Assembly (NCBI GenBank): GCA_964016885.1
Contig: OZ024760.1
Coordinates: 14,756,001-14,820,000, forward strand
Source of the DNA: Eledone cirrhosa
Taxonomy: Eukaryota
Direction of reading: 5' to 3'
Length of the DNA: 64,000 nucleotides
Below are positions 1 through 12,513 of this stretch, one piece after another. Each line of letters starts with the position of its first letter. Position 1 is the first letter of the stretch. A program made the translations under genes and the position numbers. The notes beneath the pieces were generated by a model. That model was not told the origin of the DNA. It did not search any database and saw only the letters and a program-made list of their open reading frames with translations.

Positions 1-168
1 AATAACACAATCTGTACAGTATATGGAACGGATATATTAGGTTAACGCTTGATATAGCAGGAAGAGGGTCTTAACGTTTCGGACGCTAGTCCTTCACCAG
101 AAGAAAGAATGAGAAATAAGATAGATTGAGGGGACGAACGGGTTGGAATTGGAAAAAATGTCTTCAGA
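1..168 (-). mobile_element. Family C hammerhead-bearing repeat with mutated core (CTGGTGA at about 94-100)
   Basis: Closely similar to 45380-45550 and 56100-56250. Confidence 0.7.
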
Positions 169-633
169 TATATATATATATATACTTCGATCATTCGGAT
201 ACATAATATCGTCTCCATGTCCCATTTTCCCCCTTGGTTTTCTTTCTTTTTTTATTGATTGTTTAAGATGTTTCGTGACCCCAAAAGCCGAAGTCTGCTG
301 TGTGTTTGTTGTTATTGATGTTGTTGGTAGTGATGCTGTTGTTGTTTAGCCTCAGGTCAGGCCTGATCGAGCAGATAAAAATATGGCAAAAACTATTCCA
401 GCCATGACAATCTCGTCAATTTAAGGCTATGTAGAACGATCCTTTGACTACATATACATAATTAAATGGGCCCTGCTCCTTTGTTAGTATTGTCAATAAA
501 CCTCGTTCAAAGAAAATGATAACTCGTCCGATTCACCGGATACATTGTGTATATATACGTTAGGATTAGGGTTTGTTAAGGGTTAGAATTATGGTTCCAT
601 CGTTGGCTTTTGTGTATATATGTACATATATAT

Positions 634-832
634 ATATATAAGATTTAATATAGAAGTGGCTTCTACAGGACTAGAACTGTTTCATTCGAAGGAATACACC
701 AGAAAAGCGATTTCCTTCGAATGAAACAGTTCTAGTCCTGTAGAAGCCACTTCTATATTAAATCTTATATATATACATATATATATATAATATAGAAATG
801 GCTTCTACAGGACTAGAACTGTTTCATTCGAA
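634..832. repeat. Fold-back element (arms about 65 bp) plus a third partial arm; related copies at 25313-25415 and 32165-32300
   Basis: TAGAAGTGGCTTCTACAGGACTAGAACTGTTTCATTCGAAGGAA followed by its exact reverse complement; bounded by (TA)n. Confidence 0.8.
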
Positions 833-893
833 GTACCTTACTTTGGTTATGTGTGTGTGTATATATATCAAAGTGTGTGTCTATATCAAATCT

Positions 894-961
<68 letters not shown>

Positions 962-1239
962 CGAAGCATACGAAATGAATCCGGTGAATTGTACGAGACA
1001 TTTTCATTTTTTACAGACAAGATCTTGATGCCAAATGATTCAGTGATACCCAAACAGCTCATTCCTCTTTTATAAGATGACTGTGAGGAGATTACGTGAT
1101 TTAACGCAGATTTAGATGACCACATAGAGAGGCTGGCTCCATAGGAAGCTTGGATGTTTAAACCGTGGGTGGGGTGGAGGAAATAAACGATAGGGGCGGG
1201 GGAAAAGAAAGAGAAAACAAGGTAAATGATGGTACTTAC

Positions 1240-1345
1240 CGATGAGGCCCCCAATCAGGAAGAATATTATTAGGGCTATCAACAAACAGATCCCTAAAAA
1301 GGATAGCTTTCTCCAGCTCAAAGTTTCCAGTACGACTCCAGTCAT
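1240..1345 (-). CDS. wls: Wntless (Wnt secretion factor, GPR177/Evi), first coding exon; gene continues beyond the left edge
   Basis: ATG at 1345 gives MTGVVLETLSWRKLSFLGICLLIALIIFFLIGGLI, then G|GTAAGT donor (106 nt, phase 1). Matches the Wls N-terminus from recall (MxGxIxExLSxxKL...FLIGGL). Confidence 0.9.
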
Positions 1346-1432
1346 GTTGGTAGATTCTTGGCTATATTTCACTATATATATGTATATATATCGTTATCAC
1401 CATCAACTATATTGTTATCGCTATACCGTTTC

Positions 1433-1467
<35 letters not shown>

Positions 1468-2185
1468 CGTTATCACCACAAATTCTTATAGATACACATT
1501 AGTCTATCTATCTATCATCTATCATCTATTTCTCTCTATATATGTGATGTCCTTTTATATATCGTTATCACCACTACTTATTATATAGATATATATCTAT
1601 ATACCACGGTACCAAAAGGATTGATGATTTTGCGTGCGTGTGTGTATACATATACATATATCTATAGATCTGTGCGTGTGTGTGAGTGTGTATCCTAATT
1701 ACTAGCACTTCTTATAGATAGATAGATAGATAGATAGAGATGTGTATCAAGGAAATGCAAGAAACAAGGCTAAATATCTGTGAAATAAGTGATCCAAATC
1801 TGCCGTACTCTTCCTCCCTTTCTTGCCAAAGCAGATAGATTGAAATGCGTAATTTAAAAGTAGTAAATACGAAAGAAGAAAGAAAGCAAAGCAAAGGAGA
1901 GAACGAGAGGGCGAGGCAAGGCACAACACGGACAGGCAAATAGTTAGGAGGATATCCAGCCGGAGAGACAGAGACACAGAGAGAGAAAGAAAGAGTAGTG
2001 GTAAGAGTAGTGTGGACGCCGGAGAGGAGAAATTGATAGCCGTCTGTGTGTGTGGGGTATATATATATATCTATATCTATGGTATGTACTGATATATATA
2101 TATATATATATTTATTTATTTACATGTGTGTATCTGTGTGTGGTAAGCGCTGATATATATATATATTTGGAGTCTGTGGTATGTG

Positions 2186-2227
<42 letters not shown>

Positions 2228-2918
2228 AGTGTGTGTATGTATATATAAGCTTTAAACACAGTGGGGAAGCGAGGCAAGAAAACGACGGCCGCTTAGCTAG
2301 CTCGGTTTTGTTTGCATGACGTCGAGAATTGTTTGTACCCGATAGCCTTGTAGTGGCGCCCTCATCCCCTTTCTCTCTCTCTCTGTCTCTCTCTCTCACA
2401 GACTCTCCTTCTGCAGTTTCTCTCTCTCTCTATATATATATATAGAGAGAGAGATATATTATATGCTTCTTTAATTATTTCTGTTTCTCTCTTTCACTCT
2501 GTCTATCTCTGTCTCTTCCTATCTCCTTCTCTTTGTCTATCCCTCTCTCTCTCTTCTCTTTGTCTATTTCTTTCCCCTTCTCTTTGTCTATCTCTGTCTC
2601 TCCCTTCTCTCTGTCTATTTCTTTCCCCTTCACTTTGTCTATCTCTGTCTCTCCCTCTCGCTTCTCTCTGTCTATTTCTTTCTCCTTCTCTTTATCTATT
2701 TCTGTCTCTCCCTCTCTTTCTCCCTCCCTTCCTCTGTCACATTCACTCGTGCATGCAATGAATGAAAAAGAAAAATATATATAAATCTTCAACTGGAAAG
2801 TAGAACGCCGCTTCCAGTTTTTTTTTATTTTCCAAAAGGGACAGGCTTGTTTGTCGGGCATGTTATGTCTTTCCTTGCATTGCCTAGCTTGCTCTCTATA
2901 TATACACACACACACACG

Positions 2919-2964
<46 letters not shown>

Positions 2965-3130
2965 CAAATAGTTTATCGCTCTACATGGCTGAATGCAATA
3001 TTGCCAAAAGCGACCAAGCTAAAACTTCGAAGTCACTAACATTTTTTCTACTTAGAAAATAAAATATACTCTTTACCCACGTTTATTGAGTGCTCATTCA
3101 GTTAGCAAGCAATATGAGGCATACACACAG

Positions 3131-3165
<35 letters not shown>

Positions 3166-3614
3166 CACATACTCCTACTTGCTTGCTAACTTGTTCATTT
3201 ATTCATATATTTTTTAGGTATTTTCTGTTTTTATACATTTTGATTTAATTTTAGTATGTATATGTATGTTCACATATACATACTAACACATATATACATA
3301 CTAACACACACACACATATATATATATATGCATCAATCTCTGTAGGGGGCAGGAGCTTGTTTGTCCTAGTATGATATGTTTTTTGTTTACTTTACTTTTT
3401 TTTTCGCTCTTTTTCTTTAAAAGACAAGGTTATGAATGGAAGAAGAAGAAGAACAAGGGGGCAGGAAGAGGCGGCCTGGCTTGTTGTCTTGATGAGTAGG
3501 GCGGCTGCTTAGATTGCTGGCTTTCTATCTTCTCTCATTTTCCTCCGTCTTTAAATCTTCTTCATCTCCCTTTTATTTATTTTTTCTTTCATACGTCTCT
3601 TACTCTTTCTAGCC

Positions 3615-4180
3615 TTTTCTCCCTTACATCTCTCACCCTTTCTATCTCCACCTTACATTTCTCACCCTTTCTATTTCTACCTTAGATTACTCACGCTTTC
3701 TATTTCTACCTTAGATTTCTCACCCTTTCTATCTCTATCTTACATCTCTCACCCTTTCTATCTCTATCTTACATCTCTCACCCTTTCTATCCTCTATCTT
3801 ACATCTTTCACCCTTTCTATCTCTACCTTACATCTCTCACCCTTTCTATCCTCTATCTTACATCTTTCACCCTTTCTATCTCTACCTTACATCTCTCACC
3901 CTTTCTATCCTCTATCTTACATCTTTCACCCTTTCTATCTCTACCTTACATTTCTCACCCTTTCTATTCCTACCTTACATTTCTCACCCTTTCTATCTCT
4001 ACCTTACATTTCTCACCCTTTCTATCTCTACCGTACATCTCTCACCCTTTCTATCTCTATCTTACATCTCTCACCCTTTCTATGTCTACCTTACATTTCT
4101 CACTCTTTCTATCTCTATCTTACATCTCTCACCCTTTCTATCTCTACCTTACATTTCTCACACTTTCTATGTCCTCACCC
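3615..4180. repeat. 29-bp pyrimidine-rich minisatellite
   Basis: Unit CTTTCTATCTCTACCTTACATCTCTCACC. Confidence 0.9.
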
Positions 4181-6715
4181 GTTACCCCCTGTGTCTCACC
4201 CGTTCTATCTCTTTCACTTTTTACCCCTCTCCTTCATCTCTCATTTCTCTTTGCTTTCACTCTCTCCTTCCCGTCTTCGAGAATCGAGTAAAAAATTCTA
4301 AATTCTTAGTCGGCGATGGCTTACTCATTCTTCTCCATGCCGTGAATCGGTCAGAGAAGAACTAAATAACATTCAGCTTAAATATTGATGCCTCTCTAGT
4401 AATGTTGTGACAATTTATTATTTGTCTCCCAGACACATCCTTTCAAATAAAATAGATATCACGTTCGAATTCCACTCGGGCCGAGTTTGCGGTTCATTAT
4501 TTCTCCGGAGTGAGTTCAAATCTCACCGAGGTCACCTTTGCCTTTCGTCCTCCTGGGGTCGATAAAATGATGTACCAGTCAAATTACCAGGGTTGATTTA
4601 ATCAACTTTGCCCTTCCCTCAAATTTGCTGACCTTGTATCTAAATTACAAATCAATATTTCTTTAGAATGAGTTTAAATCTCGCCGAGGTCAACTTTGCC
4701 TTTCATCTTTACGAGATTGATAAAATCGATTAAATCGACTCCAGTATTTGATTGGTACCTTATTTAATCGACCCTGAAAGCGTGGAAGTTGACACCGGTG
4801 ACATTTGAACTCAGAACGTCAAGAGCACAATAGTTTATTCGACGCTCTATTTTGTCAATCCCTAGCTCTAAAATACCAACATAATGTGTTAGTTATAGTA
4901 CTAAATCCCTCCAAATTCTTGAATATTTTCAATATTATCAAAACTATTTGAAAATTATAGGCAGTGTCTTATATTCATAAATCCTCCCAAATTCTAGATT
5001 ATTTTCAAAATTATTTGAAATTTATAGACAGTGTCTTATATTTCTAAATTTATCCAAATGTTTGATTACTTTTAAAATGATTTGAAAATTATTGGCAGTC
5101 TTTTATTAGAAACCTGATAACGAAAATGTTTGCAGCCGATAGATTCAGTAGAACACTTTGTAACTTGTTACTGTTGATGAATCTAACGGCTTCTGTGGGA
5201 AACTTTATATCTCTAGGAAATAATTCGTTTGTAAAATCTAGTTCAGGGCATGCTTCTTTCTAGTCATTAATACTAGATTTTCCTAAAAATAACTTATTTG
5301 AGACGCCCAAAATCTTGTAAGAATCAGAGACAACACATTTTTTGTTATTGGTGCTCAGTGGAGTCGCTTGGATTAGTGATTAATCCTTTAGCATTCATAT
5401 TACTCTATATATACTATTATATTTTCATGGTAAAGGCTTTACCTCGCATAATTATCTTACATAATATGGAATTTATGAGATTTTGAAAGTATTTATTTTG
5501 AGAACAATACCTTAACATCAGTATGAGTGACCAGTTACAGCCTGTTTCAACAGAAAGAGGTAGAGAATTCAGGCCGGTTTGAACATTAAAGGGTTAAAAG
5601 TGTTTTGAAACTTGATTGTAACATCGTGGTTTTGATTCCCTGCGGTGCGTTTTGTCAGAAAACTAGATACTTTATTTCCCATTGCTCAAATCCACACACG
5701 GCTAGCAAAAATGAGTTGTACCTGTATTTCAAAGGGCCAGCAGTGTCCATCTTGTATCTTGCTGAATCTCCCCGGAGACGATGTTATGGGTACACGTGCC
5801 TATGTTAATTTCACGAGCAGGCTTTTCCAGGTGTAATTTTTAAAAAGTTACCCAATATTTAAAGGGCCCGAATTTATAGTTATTACCATAAATAATACGC
5901 TATCCCACCCGACGAAATTTCAGCCAAGAGCCTCCGTGCAAGGTTACTCTGTCCTTACCTTTGATCATAGATTTGATCGCCCATGAGCTGACCTGGAACT
6001 AACGAATAGCAACTGAAATATCATCACTACCAACAACAACACCATCATCACCACCAACACCACCACCAACACAGCAACAACAACACTATTGACAGAAACT
6101 AAAGAAGCTGGTCAAATGATATTTCCAGCAAAGTATCTTTTTACACCATATCTTTGTACAATTACCACAAAAAATGTAAACGGATAGTACTGCACTTGTC
6201 GCCCTATATAACTAAGATATATTACTGATTATAATGTTGTCGATCATTCAATAAATGGCGTTTCGCGGCCTAATGATTAGGGGTGTTGGGCCTGCGATCG
6301 TAATATCGTGGGTTCGATCCCTGAATCGGGTTGTATTCTTGCGCAAAGCTCTTCATTTCATGTTGCTTCAATATATGCAACTGAAAAGGATTACGAGCAG
6401 TAGGTGGGTATTTAACCTTGCAATGGACTGGCGTCCTACCCAGGAGGGAGTCTCGTACTCTCAGTCACTTAACGCCACGGAAATCGGAATAAGCCTTATG
6501 AGCCTTCGGGCTTTAGGCATTTTTTGTTTTTACCTATAAATAAATACCATGTTAAGTTCATTGCTTAACACTTCTAAAATTTAGACTGACTGAAATTGGC
6601 CTTGATTCTTCTATATTAAATTGTTTATTGTATAGTATTTGTATTTATCTAAAAGCCTTCCATCGTAATTTTTATATAAGGACCTGTCTTAAGTTATATT
6701 TGAAACACAAGCTTA

Positions 6716-8140
6716 ATAATTGTTTCTACTGTTGGCACAAGGCCAGCAATTACCCAGTGTATTACTGGTACTTTATTTTATCGACCCCGTAAGGATGAAA
6801 GGCAAAGTTAACCTCGGCGGGATTTGAAATCAGAATGGCAAGGGCCGTAACTCTATACGTCAAAGCATGGCGTCCAACCCTCTACCGATACCGCCCTAAT
6901 AATTGTTTCTACTATTGGCACAAGGCCAGCAATTACCCAGTGCATTACTGGTACTTTATTTTATCTACCCCGTAAGGATGAAAGGCAAAGTTAACCTCGG
7001 CGGGATTTGAACTCAGACCGTAAAGAGACGTAACTATGTTGGAAAGCATGGCGTCCGACCTTCTACTGATACTGCCAATCCCCCGCCTAATAATTGTTTC
7101 TACTTTTGGCACAAGGCCAGCAAATACCCAGTGCATTACTGGTACTTTATTCTATCGACCCCGGAAGGATGAAAGGCAAAGTTAACCTCGGCGGGATTTG
7201 AACTCAGATCATACAGGGAGGTAACTCTATGCTTCAAAGCATGGCATCCGACCCTCTACCGATACTGCCAATCCACCGCCTAATAATTGTTTCTACTTTA
7301 GGCACAAGGCCAGCAATTACCCAGTGCATAACTGGTACTTTATTTTATCGACCCCGTAAGGATGAAAGGCAAAGTCTACCTCGGCGGGATTTGAACTCAG
7401 ATCGTAAAGGGACGTAACTATGCTGGAAAGCACGGCGTCCGACCTTATACCGATACTGCCAATCCACCGCCACAAGCTTAATAATGGCTTCTGGTTTAGG
7501 CACAAGGCCAACAATTTTAGGGGAGAGGAAAGTCAATTAAATCGGCCCCGGTGTATTACCGGTCCTTTATTTCACTGATCCTGTAAGGATGAAAGGCAAA
7601 GCTAACCTCGGCGGGATTTGAACTCAGAACATAAAGGGGTGTAACTCTAAGCTGCAAAGCATTGTGTCTGACATTCTACCGATACTGCCAATCCACCGCC
7701 CTTACACTTGCTTAATAATTGTTTCTACGTTTGGTGCAAGGCCCACAATTTTGGGGGAGCAAAAAATCGATTAAATCGGCCCCAGTACGTTACTGGTGCT
7801 ATATTTATCGACCCCGTAAGAATGAAAGTCAAAGCTAACCTCGGCAGGATTTGAACTCAGATTATAAAGGGACGTAACTCAAAGCATGTTGTCCGGTGCT
7901 CTACATTTCTAATTTAGGCACAATTTCAGTTTATTCTATACATCGACCCTAGGTTTGACATCGGCGGCATTTGAACTCAGAATGTAAAGTGCCAGAATAC
8001 TGCAATGGTATTTAATCCGACGCTCTACTAATTCTATCAATCTGTACCCTCTGATAATTTCTAACTTATGTACAAGGCCAGCAAATTTGGAAGGAAGGCC
8101 AAAATAGATTACATCAAACCAGTACATGACTGGTACTTTG
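6716..8140 (-). mobile_element. Head-to-tail array of about 7 tRNA-derived SINEs (Meta-domain-like)
   Basis: Units of about 180-230 bp with a B-box-like GAGTTCAAATCC and GCCTTTCATCCTTACGGGGTCGATAAAATAAAGTACCAGT (read on the minus strand). Confidence 0.85.
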
Positions 8141-8201
8141 TTTTATCCCCCCCCCTGTTTATCACTCTTTTTTTCTTGCTCACATTCTCATTGAATCTCT
8201 T

Positions 8202-8271
<70 letters not shown>

Positions 8272-8414
8272 TCTTTCTCCCTTTAAGCCATTCCTCAGTA
8301 TGTCTCTCCCCCCCCCTTTCTTTGTTTATCTCTCTTTCTTTCTGGCACTTTATTTGTTTCTCTCTCTCTCTTTCTCTTACTCATATTCTCATTGAATCTC
8401 TCTATACCTAACCC

Positions 8415-9020
8415 TCTTTCTCTCTTCCCGTTCTCCTCGCTTTGATTCTCTTTAACTCTTTCTCTCTTTCCGTCCCCCTCGCTTTGATTCTCTTTAACTC
8501 TTTCTCCCTTTCCGTCCCCCTCGTTTTGATTCTCTTTAACTTTTTCTCTCTTCCCGTCCCCCTCGCTTTGATTCTCTTTAACTCTTTCTCTCTTTCCGTC
8601 CCCCTCGCTTTGATTCTTTTTAACTCTTCCTCTCTTTCCGTCCCCCTCGCTTTGATTCTCCTTACCTCTCTCTCTCTCTTCTCGCCCCCTCGCTTTGATT
8701 TCTTTTATCACTCTCTCCCTGTTTCTCCTCGCTATCTTATTCCTTTACCCAGTTTTTACTCTCTATATCTCCCTCTTTCATTCTCTTACTCTCTGTATCT
8801 CCCTCCTTTCATTCTCTTACTCTCTACATCTCCCTCCCTTTCATTCTCTTATTCTCTACATCTCCCTCCCTTTCATTCTCTTACTCTCTACATCTCCCTC
8901 CCTTTCATTCTCTTACTCTCTATATCTCCCTCCCTTTCATTCGCTTACTCTCTATATCTCCCTCCCTTTTCATTTTCTTACTCTCTATATCTTCCTCCCT
9001 TTAATTCCCTTACTCTCTCT
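8415..9020. repeat. Adjacent 39-bp and 30-bp pyrimidine-rich minisatellites
   Basis: CGTCCCCCTCGCTTTGATTCTCTTTAACTCTTTCTCTCT-type units, then CTCTCTACATCTCCCTCCCTTTCATTCTCTTA-type units. Confidence 0.85.
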
Positions 9021-9281
9021 CTCTCCCATACATTATACCGCCATTTCTATCATCTCCATTTTCCAGAGGACATCAGCCATCCTTAAAGATGTAAGAAACA
9101 TCCTTTCATTTTTCTTCTTTTGATTTACTATCAGACTATTTCCGTTTCTTTTTTCTTATTGCTATTTGGTAAAAATCTCTATTGGTCTTTTAATACAGTC
9201 CTTCTCGAATACACCGACATTTTAAACATATATATATAGTGTCCCCCAAAATTGTATACACACTTCAACAACATTGGGGAC

Positions 9282-9323
<42 letters not shown>

Positions 9324-9349
9324 AGAAAGTGAACAACACAATATATAAC

Positions 9350-9420
9350 TACTCCATTACCATAGGTTTCTGAATCCTAGACAATATTAATATACGTTTG
9401 GATCGTTCATCAGACAAATA
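9350..9420 (-). ncRNA. Hammerhead ribozyme family A
   Basis: TATTTGT-CTGATGA-(36-nt stem II region)-GAA-ACC tat GGT-A-ATGGAG. Stems more degenerate. Confidence 0.55.
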
Positions 9421-9718
9421 GTTCACTTTCTAATTAAATTGCTCTGTTCTATACATAGAGCACTCTTTTTTCCTTTGCTTTTTCTTCGGAATTACCTAAC
9501 ACACACACACATAACATATATATATGTATATATATATATATATAGGAAAATGTTCAAGACCCCGACGGCAGAGCTGAAGCCGTTTCGACGGCTATTTCTG
9601 GTTCCTTACCACACTTCGTTATATATATATATATATATATATAGGCGTCCCCAAAAATTGTATACACACTTCAACAACATTCTAATAAAAGTGTGTATAC
9701 ATTTTTGGGACACCCTGT

Positions 9719-9780
<62 letters not shown>

Positions 9781-9799
9781 ATATATATATATATATATA

Positions 9800-10035
9800 T
9801 ATGTAGGAGGTGAGTTTTATTGTAGCACAATAAAGCAATTTAAATATCGGATAAGTAGCACTCTACAGTTTGTAAGACTGGAGTATAAATAATATAAGAT
9901 CAAAAGATGGTTAAAAGAGTTCCATGTATTTTATTATGCGCATTTCAAAAACAAATATCATCCCATGATGATATTTGTTTTTGAAATGCGCATAATAAAA
10001 TACTTGGAACTCTTTTAACCATCTTTTGATCTTAT
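9800..10035. mobile_element. Family B fold-back element, inverted inside hammerhead stem II; other copies 17209-17495, 18618-18800, 53398-53820, 59400-59630
   Basis: Shared TAAGATCAAAAGATGGTTAAAAGAGTTCCATGTATTTTATTATGCGCATTTC arm, present in both orientations. Confidence 0.8.
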
Positions 10036-10587
10036 ATATATATATATATATATATATGGGATAACAAGTTATCGTTTTAGGTAATCCAGTTAGCGGTTGT
10101 GAGTACTCTGTATTGTGGATAGTTTTAACGTATGGTGTTGTTTGACTCAACAAGAGGTTTCCTTAGTTAGGTGGCGAGTTCGCGAGAATTTCTCTTGCAG
10201 GTCATTATTGGAGTAATAATAGTGAAAGAGTGAAGAATAATATGGTCGGCTGTACAAAAAGGGTTTTATTTACAGTGTTAACAATTGTTTCATTGATCAG
10301 GTGAGTCTAAAGGCTGCTGATCACTCGACCTTAAATATAGTGTGTCTCTGATCAAATTATCGGAATACTCAGTATTCCGACGATTTGATCAGAGACGCAT
10401 GTTATTCTTCACTCTTTCACTATACATATATTTATATATTTATATATATATATGTGTGTGTAATTAAATAGCTCTACTATACATAGAGCACTCTTCTTTC
10501 CTTTACCTTTTCTACGGAAATACTTAACACACATACACATATACACACAGGATGTCCTCAAAAATTGTATACACCCTGTATATATAT

Positions 10588-10630
<43 letters not shown>

Positions 10631-10766
10631 GTATTTAAGAAAGCCACAACAATGCAGAGGGAAATCTCGAGGTAGGAAGTGAAAGATAGATAGGAAAAAC
10701 AGGTGAAAGTGAAAATTGAGAGAGGAAAAGATGAAAACAAAACAAAGGTAGAAGGGTTACCGTAGT

Positions 10767-10815
<49 letters not shown>

Positions 10816-10857
10816 ATGATATTAATAAATGGAATCTATATTTATAAAACCATATTT

Positions 10858-10919
10858 ATTCTATTATATATATATTTCAAAGGTACCAAAACTTTGGTAC
10901 GCTCTCATCAGATAAAATA
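10858..10919 (-). ncRNA. Hammerhead ribozyme family D
   Basis: TATTTTAT-CTGATGA-GAGCGTACCAA agtt TTGGTACCTTT-GAA-ATATATATAT-A-ATAGAATA. Confidence 0.72.
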
Positions 10920-11975
10920 CAAAGTTTGTTTTATAAATATTGACATATCCAGGAACGAGCAATTAACAGTTCAAGTTTTTCCTGGATAGTAAAAGGAAAA
11001 AGGTGAAAAATCAAATATTTCAAATTATTAAGATGAATATGCAAATGAGGTTGAGGTATAGGGCTGAAAAAAAAACGTTATTTTTAGACGTTAGGTAGAT
11101 TTAAATAATTATTAGGATATATATATATATATATGTATGTGTAGGAGGAAGAAGAAAGATAGAGAAAGAAGAGCTTGTATTTACGTGAATTTAAAAAGAT
11201 TGAAATGTTAAGAATTAACAGTTTGTTGGAATGATGGAATATGATTCCAGAATTTTAAAAATATTTAGCTAATCAGTTATAAATATATATATATTTGTTG
11301 AATTACCAACAAGTTAAATATCCCTTTGCTTATATATATATATATATATTGTTGTTGTTTAGCCCCAGGAAGTTTCTGGTCCAATAGCTCTCTGATCAAA
11401 TACCTGTCTGGTCAAAGACGTTCCAACCATGACTATTACTGTCTGTTTTTTTTCTTTTCCCCAGACAGTTTATCTGGTATTACTAAAGAGAGAGAAAGAG
11501 ATGTGGCTGCTATTTCTAGCTGGTCGAAGCTCCTTAAACATAGTGTATCAAGGTATACATTATCCAAAGTGTTCTTTAAGACTGTAGACTTTAATTTAAG
11601 AGAGATTTATCCAGCGACCAGGAAGAAAGAAGCTGCCATTGTGTGACTAAGAGAGTGAAATGATGAAGAAAAGATCAGTGAAGATCTTGAAATAATTAAT
11701 AAAATAATTAATTATTTAATTAAGAAATGAAAGAGAGTTGTGAAGAAATCAATTATCAATCAAAAGCAATCGCCTGTTAATCAATAAATTTCTGTATTAT
11801 ATCTAAAAATTAAATATTATTGAGGATGAGTCTCGTAATATTTCGATGTCTTGGTGGACATGTTTTTTAACCCTAGGTCAGTCAGTACTTAATCTAGCTG
11901 TCTTTATGACACGGTCGGTGGTGGTTGATCGAACAACTTCTGGGTTCAGTCCACAGAGCCAGTGATCTATATATA

Positions 11976-12513
11976 CAGTTGTACCCCAGCATTCGTGGTC
12001 TCGATTATTCGCAGAGTTTTCCTTAGAACTTAACTAAGAATTGTTCGCGGATACCACTGCATATTCGCGGAATCGTAAATATCTTCCGCGATTTTTAAAC
12101 GGCTTTTTTCGTGGCAAGGGCAGTGGTTTGGCAGTATCGGTAGAGCGTCATACACCATGTTTTGCAGCATAGTTATGGCCCTTTGCGTTCTGAGTTCAAA
12201 TCCATCGAGATTAACTTTGCCTTTCATCCTTACGAGGTCGATAAAATAAAGTACCAGTGGTGCACTGAGGGATCGTTGGCCTTGTGCCAAAAGTAGAAAA
12301 AAAAAAAAATATTTTTCACGCTTTTTAACGCTAAATTATTAATAACAACAAATAACGAAACGAAATTAAATTTCGTATATGCTTGGCCTATATTTTTACG
12401 TTATATTTTGACGTTTATAGGCATTTTTATGGACCACGTCCATTATTCGCGTTTTTAAAACTGTTCGCGGGTGCTCTAGGAACGTATCCCCCGCGAATAC
12501 TGCAGTTCAACTG
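11976..12513. mobile_element. Tc1/pogo-like MITE interrupted by a SINE; left-end copies in tandem at 33145-33555 and at 58130-58270
   Basis: TA-CAGTTGTACCCCAGCATTCGTGG ... CCGCGAATACTGCAGTTCAACTG, imperfect TIRs. Confidence 0.65.

Noticed and set aside
8295-9123. Repetitive ORFs (ENQSEGDGK...; ILFNSFSLSVP...)
   Set aside because: Translations of minisatellites, open in several frames on both strands.
10270-10400. Hammerhead-like CTGATCA motifs
   Set aside because: The core deviates from CUGANGA and stems could not be closed; treated as a degenerate fold-back remnant.
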